A program made the translations under genes and the position numbers. Positions 29,906 through 38,058 of a stretch of 43,694 nucleotides of DNA are shown in pieces; within the stretch, counting starts at the first letter, position 1; each line of letters starts with the position of its first letter. The notes under the pieces were generated by a model. The model did not search any database and was not told where the DNA came from. It saw only the letters and a program-made list of their open reading frames with translations. Origin of the DNA: Clostridia bacterium (lineage in GTDB: Bacteria > Bacillota > Clostridia > Oscillospirales > CAG-272); NCBI GenBank assembly GCA_017481265.1, contig JAFUPK010000001.1:1-43694 (forward strand), given 5' to 3'.

Positions 29906-29947
29906 AGAAGTTGAAATCCGTCGGTTTTTCGACGGATTTCAACTTCT
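29906..29947. terminator. 18-bp perfect hairpin, probable terminator of the minus-strand isomerase-like gene
   Basis: AGAAGTTGAAATCCGTCG, 6-nt loop, CGACGGATTTCAACTTCT. Confidence 0.6.
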
Positions 29948-30053
29948 AAAGGTAAAAGCATTATTATCTGCTTTTTCTTTACTGTTTTTATGCCCGTGAC
30001 TTTTGTTTGGTGCGTTCTGCGACAGGTCACATGACTTTTAAAACAAAACAGAA

Positions 30054-31376
30054 TTAATATTTATCTTCTTCGATTACATCGACTCCGCGCATTTTGCACA
30101 GATCCATAAACAGCTTGCGGTAATCTCCGAATACCGTTACTCTGTGCCATCTTCCGAACTGCCAATTGTTAAGCAGTACTTCGGCAGCGGCAGATGCGGC
30201 AAGCTTGGAACGGCATCCTTCTTCACACCCGACATTACCTACGGAAATACCCGAGTGGATAGATGCCTTATTTGCAGGAAAGTTGAAATACACGGTTGTC
30301 AGTTTTTCACCGGCAGGGAAAATAGTCTGTACAGATGCGCCAAGCTTGTCCTCAGCATGACTGCGAATGTAAAAAGGACAGGTGTATTTATCATCGTGAC
30401 CGAAGATCTTTGTGCAGGCCACGCAATGAGCATAAATTATTTGGTTTGACGATGTGTCGATAACGGGATCTGATACATAACCGGGTCTTCCGGTAAGATA
30501 AAGCATTATAAGGGAAGCTACGGTTGCATTGATATCGGCTTCGCATACAGCGACCGTACCGTGCTTTGACATCTCATAATGTGACATACACGGATACATA
30601 TGTGTTTTCCCGTTATAGCTTCCGGAGTACGAAAGAGAAAGACAATCAACTGTTACAGCGTCAGCGCCGCTGTCTTTTTTCATTTGCTCGAGGGCTAAGT
30701 AAATTCGAGCACTTTCAACGATCTCATCAAAATTCGGTTCAACGATCGACACGGCCTCTGACTGCCAATTCTTTGCGATCTCTTCAGCGTCAGAGATTTT
30801 TGTCTTTTCAAAATACTTATTGAAATCCTGCGATGAGGCGTGGACAAATGAACATCCCCAAATGCGATTGCTTTCTTCTTCGGCCCTTGTATCAAACCAA
30901 TCGGCAACGACAAGTATTTTTGATTCCCGCATACGTTTGATAACACTAAACATCCGTACGGATTTAGCGATATCTTTGTAGTCGAGAGATGATATAAGCG
31001 GAACGGGCAGATTTTCCTTGCGCACGACTCTTGAAGCATTGACTAACATTGCGCCGGAGCCGCAAAAAGGTATATCTGCAATGATGACCGGAAGTCCGCC
31101 TTCCTTTGCTTTTCTTGCATACATCATCTCGATGTGATTGCCGCAGGTCATCAAAAGAACAAGAACACCGTCATATTTTTTGAGATCATTCTCGTAATCT
31201 GCCTCTGCGTCGGACACAGAGGTGTATTTCGCAATATCAAAGTCTATGTCCTGGTTCGATTGCTTTATTACTTCGAATATTTCCGAAAATTTTCGGTCAT
31301 AATCGTAATTGATATACGGCCAGCATGGCGTATCCGAAGCTTCCGTCTGAAGTGCGATCTTAACTTTTGTTTTCAT
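30054..31376 (-). CDS. L-fucose/L-arabinose isomerase-like protein
   Basis: DAVTVDCL, YPC, CEAD, GYVSD, AHC, RSHAE, CRSK, HRV..GD motifs typical of the FucI/AraA-like superfamily. Substrate unknown. Confidence 0.65.
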   Translation of the reverse strand: MKTKVKIALQTEASDTPCWPYINYDYDRKFSEIFEVIKQSNQDIDFDIAKYTSVSDAEADYENDLKKYDGVLVLLMTCGNHIEMMYARKAKEGGLPVIIADIPFCGSGAMLVNASRVVRKENLPVPLISSLDYKDIAKSVRMFSVIKRMRESKILVVADWFDTRAEEESNRIWGCSFVHASSQDFNKYFEKTKISDAEEIAKNWQSEAVSIVEPNFDEIVESARIYLALEQMKKDSGADAVTVDCLSLSYSGSYNGKTHMYPCMSHYEMSKHGTVAVCEADINATVASLIMLYLTGRPGYVSDPVIDTSSNQIIYAHCVACTKIFGHDDKYTCPFYIRSHAEDKLGASVQTIFPAGEKLTTVYFNFPANKASIHSGISVGNVGCEEGCRSKLAASAAAEVLLNNWQFGRWHRVTVFGDYRKLFMDLCKMRGVDVIEEDKY

Positions 31377-31431
31377 AGAGCTTATAACCTTTCCAAATAT
31401 TACATACAGCTTGTTTTACGGTACTGATAAA

Positions 31432-31460
31432 AGTATAAATGATATGTTTATCAAAGTCAA
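31432..31460 (-). promoter_or_regulatory. sigma-A promoter of the isomerase-like gene
   Basis: TTGACT, 17 bp, TATACT on the minus strand. Confidence 0.65.
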
Positions 31461-31570
31461 TGAGTTCGCAAAAAGGTGTAAATGTTAATAAGCAGATAAT
31501 TATCGAGCCCGATTTCCCGTTCGATGTGATACATAATTGTCTCCGCCGCTAACTCAATCTGCATAACTGT

Positions 31571-31599
31571 AGTATATCACAGAATGAAGCGATTTTCAA
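31571..31599 (-). promoter_or_regulatory. Second minus-strand sigma-A promoter with extended -10
   Basis: TTGAAA, 17 bp, TATACT preceded by TGn. Confidence 0.55.
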
Positions 31600-31671
31600 T
31601 GATATTTGGCTTGCCTCTCGAACAGGTGGGTGGATCAACAGGATGCCCACGATCATAGCGGATGATCAGAT

Positions 31672-31699
31672 GCCGCCGATTTTTATCGAAAGCGATATT
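31672..31699 (+). repeat. Degenerate direct-repeat copy of the rpsU terminator
   Basis: GCCGCCGATTTTTATCGAAAGCGATATT vs GCCGCCGATTTTTATCGGCGGCGATATT at 29793-29820: 25/28 identical, first 17 bp exact. Confidence 0.75.
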
Positions 31700-31792
31700 A
31701 TTTATATATTTTTTGTTAAAACCGAGTGTTTTTGTGTTAAAATAACGTCAAATAAGTGAAACGGTAATTACAATGGAAAGGGGTGGGTTGCT

Positions 31793-32347
31793 GTGGACAA
31801 GGGCGTTTTGGACTGGGAAAGATATCTTAGCGGAGACGACGATGGGCTTGTTTCGATAATAGAGGACTACAGCGACGGTTTGCTCCTTTATATCAACAGC
31901 ATACTCCGCGACATTCACCTTTCCGAGGATGCCGTGCAAGAAACGTTTTTTAAGCTGTCCATCAAAAAATCGCACTTCCATGGAAGATCTTCGTTCAAAA
32001 CGTGGCTTTATTCCATAGGCCGTAATGTGGCTCTCGATGAGCTGAGGAAAAAGCCGAGGATGACTGCGGAGGAAGGCGAGCTTGAACAAATGTCAGATGA
32101 AGGTGATTCACTTGAGCATGAATATCTGAGGGAGGAGCGTAAGCTTCGTCTCCGCCATGCTATGAATAAGCTTAAAGCGGAACATTCTCAGGCTTTGTGG
32201 CTGCTGTATTTTGAGGACTTTTCCTATAAGGAAGCGGCACAGATCATGCACAGATCGGTGCACCAGTTCGAGAGTCTTGTATACAGGGCGAGAAATTCGC
32301 TGAGAGTTGAGCTTGAAAAGGAGGGATTTGCCGATGAAGAGCTATAA
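31793..32347 (+). CDS. ECF-type RNA polymerase sigma-70 factor
   Basis: Region 2 EDAVQETF...SFKTWLYSIGRN.ALD; region 4 LLYFEDFSYKEAAQIM...SLVYRAR..LR; 184 aa. Confidence 0.92.
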   Translation: MDKGVLDWERYLSGDDDGLVSIIEDYSDGLLLYINSILRDIHLSEDAVQETFFKLSIKKSHFHGRSSFKTWLYSIGRNVALDELRKKPRMTAEEGELEQMSDEGDSLEHEYLREERKLRLRHAMNKLKAEHSQALWLLYFEDFSYKEAAQIMHRSVHQFESLVYRARNSLRVELEKEGFADEEL

Positions 32348-33773
32348 AGAGATCGCAGAAGCGGTACTCAAAAGAAAAGATGCGTATAGGGCTTCCCGAC
32401 GTCTTTTTTTCAAAAAAACGGTGACGGTAATTTCATGTATTGCGGCGTTTGGCATCATCGGGCTTTGGAGCGTGCTGTTGTCGGCTGAAAAAAGTGAGCC
32501 TGTCCATATACCGAGCTTTTCCGGAGACGGGAGTTCTGTGATACATTCCGCTACAACTGATATTACCGATACAGAACGTACTGATACTGCTTATACATCG
32601 GGATTATCACAGCCTCATTTTGAAAGCGAAGCGCCGACTGAGATTTCCGATACAGAGCCGCAGCAGTCTTATCCTGTCGAAGACAGCACATTACTGCCCG
32701 AAGTCCATCTGACTGAAAGTGTGAGCGAGCCGCAGGAGTCAACTTCAGCTTTGCCACGTGATACCGAAGAGACCGGCGAACCATCCGAAGCGGTGACTGA
32801 AAGCGAGGCAATACAGACTGATGGTCCGGTGAAGGAGTATGAATTCCCATTTTTTAGTGAGTTTAAGTGGGTTGGAGTAGGCAATGATGAAAAATCTTAT
32901 GAGATACTTATGGATATGTCGTCGGATGGACTTTCATATTTTAAAGACGGCACATCTTTGCCTCAAAAGCTTCCCCTGTATATGAATTACGGAAACACGG
33001 AAAATGTGGATTTGCCAAAGCTTGCGCTGAGTTTTGCTGACCTTGTATACGGAAAGTCTGACAGATCGGATATGAGAGTTGAGGACGATAAGGTTATATA
33101 TCTTGGTGACGATGAACAGTTTGCTAAAGATGAGATAACATTCGAGGTACTAAAAGGTAAGCCTGTCATAAGCCTCTCTCTGTATTTGGCTGATGCGGAG
33201 CTGACTCCGGGCGAGGTACTTGAGCAGTTACAGAGCCTGCCTTACTTGCGGGCTGCTTTTGAGTATCTCGGTATTGATGACGTGTTTTTAAGAACTCTAA
33301 CGCATTATAAGGAGGGAGAGGTGTACGCATACAGCTTTTCCTTTTCAGAAAAGGGTAAGGATCCACTTGAAACTGAGATAAACTTTTTCAGCGGGAATCT
33401 GACTGTAAGATATGAGCTTGCAGGTGAGAACGGCGGAATGGCTTTTCTTCAGATAGAAGGACCTGTCAACTATACCTGCATAGGTGAATACGGTTATATA
33501 AGATATGAAGATGCAGTGAAGGCGAAGCTTGATTCTCTTGTAGGTGACCCGAATTATGAATACTACCGTGATAATATTGCGGGGAAGATCATCTACATGG
33601 AAACTTGCCTGCCCGATGGGACAACAAAGCTTTCTCCCGTTTATGATTTTTATTATGAATTTACCGATTCAAACGGAAGCGTAAGACTTGGGAAGCCGTA
33701 TAGCTGGAGCCTCGGAGAAGATAATCCGGGCGTGCCTCAAAAGCTTCCGTGGCCTCTTGATTTTATGAACTGA
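32334..33773 (+). CDS. Putative membrane anti-sigma factor with an extracellular domain of unknown function
   Basis: Overlaps the sigma stop by 14 nt. Short basic N-terminus, one TM helix (TVTVISCIAAFGIIGLWSVLL), S/T/E/P-rich linker, then a ~310-aa C-terminal domain. Confidence 0.65.
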   Translation: MKSYKEIAEAVLKRKDAYRASRRLFFKKTVTVISCIAAFGIIGLWSVLLSAEKSEPVHIPSFSGDGSSVIHSATTDITDTERTDTAYTSGLSQPHFESEAPTEISDTEPQQSYPVEDSTLLPEVHLTESVSEPQESTSALPRDTEETGEPSEAVTESEAIQTDGPVKEYEFPFFSEFKWVGVGNDEKSYEILMDMSSDGLSYFKDGTSLPQKLPLYMNYGNTENVDLPKLALSFADLVYGKSDRSDMRVEDDKVIYLGDDEQFAKDEITFEVLKGKPVISLSLYLADAELTPGEVLEQLQSLPYLRAAFEYLGIDDVFLRTLTHYKEGEVYAYSFSFSEKGKDPLETEINFFSGNLTVRYELAGENGGMAFLQIEGPVNYTCIGEYGYIRYEDAVKAKLDSLVGDPNYEYYRDNIAGKIIYMETCLPDGTTKLSPVYDFYYEFTDSNGSVRLGKPYSWSLGEDNPGVPQKLPWPLDFMN

Positions 33774-33801
33774 CGATATTTGAAAACGAAAGGAGATTGT
33801 C

Positions 33802-34821
33802 ATGAAAAAACTTATGTCTTTTATTCTTATACTTTGCACGCTGCTGGCTCTGTCTGTCAGTGCCTTTGCACTGCCATTCCCCGACGTCAGTGAAAAAAGC
33901 TGGTATTACGAGGATGTGAAATGGGTCTATGATGAGTCAAGGAAGCTCATGTCGGGACACCCTAATGGCGATTTTCGTCCGAATGATCCTATTACAAGAG
34001 CAGAGCTCGTAATGGTGATCTACAATATGTCCGACAGATCTTTAAAAGAAGACGTGAAGCTTCCTTTTACGGATGTATATGAGAACCGTTGGTACACCGA
34101 AGCTATAAAGTGGGCTTATGGCAAAGGTATAATAAAAGGGAAGAGCGCTACCGTTTTTGCTCCCAACGCTGCCGTGACACGCGCCGAGCTTGCCGCTGTG
34201 ATATTCCGATATATCGCCACAGAACAGCTTGCCGTTGATTTTGTTCGCGTAAATCCATATATTCCTGACTATGATAAAATTCCGCAATATGCAAAGTTTG
34301 CGGCGGTCACTCTTTACAGGGCAGAGATACTTAAAGGTAAAAACGGCGGTGTGTTTGACCCATCAACTAAGACTACGCGGGCTGAGGCGGCGGCTTTGAC
34401 ACGGAGACTTTACACGCTTACGTCAACTCAGGATCACGCTTTGCTCAAAAAGTACGGCATTGACCCGGTCTGCAATGCGTATATCGACAATTCTTTTACG
34501 ATCATCGTTCCCGATGATGTGCCGCCGAGTTTTATGAAGCAGTCTGTCGGCGTGTTTTTAAAGACGAGCGAGAATACTCCCGAAGGTATTAAGCCCATGA
34601 TGGATCTGAAGATCACAAAGCCGTCGGGACCCCTTCGCGTTGAGCCTGTGCTTGACAGCAACACCGTCGGCGGATTCCGCTTCTACGTTAAGGATGAGCT
34701 TGCCTATCTTGCTTTGAATCTTGTGGATGATGAGCTGCTTATCTTCGAATACACCGTGGCAATAAACGGAGAGATGGAGTCATACATGGCTTATGTTACT
34801 GTAGAGACTATTTCATGGTGA
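33802..34821 (+). CDS. Secreted S-layer homology (SLH) domain protein
   Basis: Signal peptide ending AFA; three SLH repeats (FPDV..WY, ITRAE, VTRAE, TTRAE); ~130-aa unassigned C-terminus. Confidence 0.88.
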   Translation: MKKLMSFILILCTLLALSVSAFALPFPDVSEKSWYYEDVKWVYDESRKLMSGHPNGDFRPNDPITRAELVMVIYNMSDRSLKEDVKLPFTDVYENRWYTEAIKWAYGKGIIKGKSATVFAPNAAVTRAELAAVIFRYIATEQLAVDFVRVNPYIPDYDKIPQYAKFAAVTLYRAEILKGKNGGVFDPSTKTTRAEAAALTRRLYTLTSTQDHALLKKYGIDPVCNAYIDNSFTIIVPDDVPPSFMKQSVGVFLKTSENTPEGIKPMMDLKITKPSGPLRVEPVLDSNTVGGFRFYVKDELAYLALNLVDDELLIFEYTVAINGEMESYMAYVTVETISW

Positions 34822-34880
34822 ATAAAAAACAGAGGATGTCCGACATTCTCTCATGTTGCCGAAAAATTTATCTGAATGGG

Positions 34881-34916
34881 ACGGTCACGTGTTTTGCGTG
34901 ACCGTTTCTTAGTTTT
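34881..34916 (+). terminator. Intrinsic terminator
   Basis: ACGGTCACG/CGTGACCGT stem followed by a T-rich tract. Confidence 0.65.
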
Positions 34917-34919
34917 TAC

Positions 34920-34948
34920 TTGAAAATGGATGGATTATGTAGTATAAT
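34920..34948 (+). promoter_or_regulatory. sigma-A promoter
   Basis: TTGAAA, 17 bp, TATAAT upstream of the 909-aa SLH gene. Confidence 0.75.
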
Positions 34949-34992
34949 ATCACGTAGGAATCCGCATTTCAGGATACAAAGGAGATTCAAAA

Positions 34993-37722
34993 ATGAACAA
35001 GAAAACAAATAGGATCATTTCGTTTGTGCTTGCCCTAATGATGGTGGGAAGCATGATCCTTGTAGGTACAACTGTATCTGCAGAAGAAGTGTCCCCTTAT
35101 AAGGACGTAAAGGTAAAGCGCTGGAGCTATGCCGACATCATGTATGTTACGGAAAACGGACTTATGAACGGCACAGGCGAGGGTATATTTGCTCCCGCGG
35201 AGACTATGACCCGTGCAATGGTCGTAACCGTTCTCTACAGACTTCAGGGCGAGCCCGAGGTAGATTATTCCACTAAGTTCAAGGACGTAAAAGAGGGAAA
35301 GTGGTTTACAAATGCTGTAATATGGGCGGCTGATAACGATATCGTAAACGGCGTCGGAGAGGGTAAGTTCGCTCCCATGGAGACTATCACCCGTGAGCAG
35401 CTTGCTACTATCATCATGCGCTATGCTCCGCAGGAGTACATCATTACAGAGGAACGTGCAGACATCACAGGATACGCTGACTACAAGAGAGTCCACGAAT
35501 ATGCCCGCGAGGCTCTTTCATGGGCTAACGCGATCGGACTTATCACAGGCGTGACCGAGGATACACTTGTACCTCGCGAAGGTGCTACCCGTGAGCAGTT
35601 TGCGAAGATCCTCAGATGCTTCAAGGAATACGATAAGTATGAGTATGCTCTTGCATACAACGACCCGAAGGGATTCAGCACATACACCGAGAAGGAATAT
35701 TCTCTCGTAACAGATGCGGATATCTACGTAGCAACAGACGGCAGCGACGCAAACCCCGGTACACTTGATAAGCCCGTCAAGACCTTCGCAAAGGCTAAGG
35801 AGCTGGTGCGCGAGCTCAAGAAGACTGCAACAGGCGAGATCAAGGTAGCATTCAAGGCAGGCAACTACGGAAGCCTTGACAACCTTCAGTTTACTGCTGA
35901 GGACAGCGGTACAGAGGCTGTTCCCATCACATACTGTGCATACGGCGACGGCGATGTTGTGTTTGCTAACGGATATATGATCTCCGAAAGCGATTTCAAA
36001 CCTCTTGACGAATCCGAAAAGGCTCTCTTTGAAGAGGATGCCCGTGAAAACATCTATAAGGTTGACCTTTCCGGAAAATTCGATAAGCTCGAGAATAATA
36101 ATCTCATCTTCTCTTCTACCGGAGTGTGCTGGGAAGCGCGTTATCCTAACAAGACTGCTATCGGTACAGACGCCTCCTTTAAAGATTTTACAACACGCAT
36201 TGAAGAAGAAGGCAAGGAGGAATGGCAGTATGATAAGCTTCTCTGCTCAGGACTTGTTGCAAATACTGCTGATAAATTCACTACATACGACGGACTCAAG
36301 ATCACAGGCTTCCTTCGTACCGGTTGGTTCATTGATACATTCCCGGTTAAATCATACGACAGAGACACCAATATCTTAACTATTGCTTTTGATGAGGTGG
36401 TTTTTGACGGTTATACGCTTCCTGAATATCCTCTTGCATTCGAGGATAGAATGGACGATACTATCTTCTTCCACAATCTTGCTGAGTTTATGGACGCAGA
36501 CGGTGAATATTGGTTTGATAATGACACAAAACAGCTTTACATTTACAATCCTTCAGGGGATTATGCTATCAGCCGGTCCGGTACGTTTATGACTCTCAAC
36601 GAGGGAGCTGACTACCTCAGCTTTGTCGGTCTTGAGTTAAACTGCTCAACAGAAAACGCTATCGTAAGCTACGGCGACCATATCACCTTTAAGCTTTGTA
36701 CATTTGGAAACATAGCAGGCTTTTCTGTTATCAGTGCTGATGATGTGAATGATTTAACGGTTACGGAATGCGAATTCTTTAATTTCGCAATAATAGGTAT
36801 AAATCTTCGTTCCAATGCCGACAGAAACCTCATTCTTTCTGCGAACAACGTGATCGAGAACAACTATTTCCACGATTTCAGCCTGCCTCAGTATTTCGAT
36901 GCAAGCGGTATACTTTTAGAGAATGATGTGGGAGCCGTGATTTCCCACAATTATTTCGAAAACGGTGCCCATTCTGCTATCCGTTATAACTCATGCATTG
37001 ATACCTTGATCGAGTACAACATTTTTGAAAACATGATGATGACTACTGAGGACTACGGAGCAGTCTACACATGGCACTCTGAGGCGTTCCGCGACAACCA
37101 TATACGCTATAATATATTTATGAATATGGTAGGCGGTGCCAAGTACGGTATCTACCTCGATGACGGAACAGCAGGACAGCTTGTCTACGGAAATATTTTC
37201 TACAATGTTGAAGGACAGAACATTGTATTTAACGGCGGACGTGACAATGTAGTACACGACAACGTATTTATAAAGTCTGCTTGGTTTACTTGGAATGCGG
37301 GACTTTACAGTCTTATTGAAAACGGAACCCCCGAGGAGATCGTAAATCATGCAAACTATCAATACCTTGTAGGCCGTATGGTCAAGGAAGGCGACGCAGG
37401 TTATGATCTTTGGAAGGAAAGATGGCCCATTATGTATGCTTACCATAGCGATCCTTCCAAGGTAGGTGAGGTGGAGTGCCTCTTTACCACGGTTCATTAC
37501 CTTACCAATAACTACGCCTTCGGTCAGAGGCTTGAGGTTGATGAGAACGGCGAGGTAAAATTCGGTGCAATGGGTGAGCTGTTCGGACAGTACTGTGAGA
37601 ACAACCGCTCCTACGGCATTGATGAGAACCCCATCTTTACCGATCCCACACAAGGAGACTACAGCATCCGCGAGGGTGTTGACTTCCTCGACAACCACTT
37701 CTATGAGATAGGCAGATATTAA
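34993..37722 (+). CDS. SLH-anchored right-handed parallel beta-helix protein (putative glycoside hydrolase/lyase)
   Basis: Signal peptide and three SLH repeats, then IYVATDGSDANPGTLDKP, PITYCAY, ARYPN, Asn-ladder repeats (IENNYFHD, ISHNYF, IEYNIF, IRYNIF, VYGNIF), DYGAVY and GIYLDDG. Confidence 0.8.
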   Translation: MNKKTNRIISFVLALMMVGSMILVGTTVSAEEVSPYKDVKVKRWSYADIMYVTENGLMNGTGEGIFAPAETMTRAMVVTVLYRLQGEPEVDYSTKFKDVKEGKWFTNAVIWAADNDIVNGVGEGKFAPMETITREQLATIIMRYAPQEYIITEERADITGYADYKRVHEYAREALSWANAIGLITGVTEDTLVPREGATREQFAKILRCFKEYDKYEYALAYNDPKGFSTYTEKEYSLVTDADIYVATDGSDANPGTLDKPVKTFAKAKELVRELKKTATGEIKVAFKAGNYGSLDNLQFTAEDSGTEAVPITYCAYGDGDVVFANGYMISESDFKPLDESEKALFEEDARENIYKVDLSGKFDKLENNNLIFSSTGVCWEARYPNKTAIGTDASFKDFTTRIEEEGKEEWQYDKLLCSGLVANTADKFTTYDGLKITGFLRTGWFIDTFPVKSYDRDTNILTIAFDEVVFDGYTLPEYPLAFEDRMDDTIFFHNLAEFMDADGEYWFDNDTKQLYIYNPSGDYAISRSGTFMTLNEGADYLSFVGLELNCSTENAIVSYGDHITFKLCTFGNIAGFSVISADDVNDLTVTECEFFNFAIIGINLRSNADRNLILSANNVIENNYFHDFSLPQYFDASGILLENDVGAVISHNYFENGAHSAIRYNSCIDTLIEYNIFENMMMTTEDYGAVYTWHSEAFRDNHIRYNIFMNMVGGAKYGIYLDDGTAGQLVYGNIFYNVEGQNIVFNGGRDNVVHDNVFIKSAWFTWNAGLYSLIENGTPEEIVNHANYQYLVGRMVKEGDAGYDLWKERWPIMYAYHSDPSKVGEVECLFTTVHYLTNNYAFGQRLEVDENGEVKFGAMGELFGQYCENNRSYGIDENPIFTDPTQGDYSIREGVDFLDNHFYEIGRY

Positions 37723-37731
37723 AATAACAAA

Positions 37732-37760
37732 AGGTCACGCTTCGATGAGAAGTGTGACCT
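37732..37760 (+). repeat. 29-bp terminator hairpin, left copy of target duplication
   Basis: AGGTCACGCTTCGATGAGAAGTGTGACCT, identical to 38059-38087. Confidence 0.92.
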
Positions 37761-38058
37761 CAGTTTGCTGACAAACCCTGTGCCAAAGCACAGGGTTTGT
37801 CAAATTAAACAAAGACTAAATCAAAAGTTAAAGGAATGCGCGAGCTGCAGCACGTTCGCTTGCGCGAAGTGCGTCACCAAACTTCGTTTGGTGCGGGTCG
37901 CGTTTTGGACGAATAAGTGGAATTTCGCCCTCTGCCCTACTTCGTTTAGCGAAGTAGCGGCGAGTCGGGACTCTGTCCCAAGACCCTGCGCCCTTTTAAA
38001 AAAGGTCGATCAAAACTTTTGTGCATTTTGTCAGCGCAAGACCTTTGTCAGCGGCCTG
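37761..38058. mobile_element. 298-bp non-autonomous element (MITE), IS1182-like target behaviour
   Basis: Terminal inverted repeats CAGTTTGCTGACAAA and TTTGTCAGCGGCCTG (12/15 match), flanked by exact 29-bp direct repeats of a hairpin. No transposase; hairpin-rich interior. Confidence 0.8.

Noticed and set aside
31710-31745. Recurrent TGTTAA words upstream of the ECF sigma and SLH genes (also near 38795 and 43458)
   Set aside because: Short AT-rich word in AT-rich spacers with inconsistent spacing; cannot be distinguished from chance by eye.
36991-37698. 235-aa antisense ORF in the beta-helix gene
   Set aside because: Shadow frame with no independent evidence.
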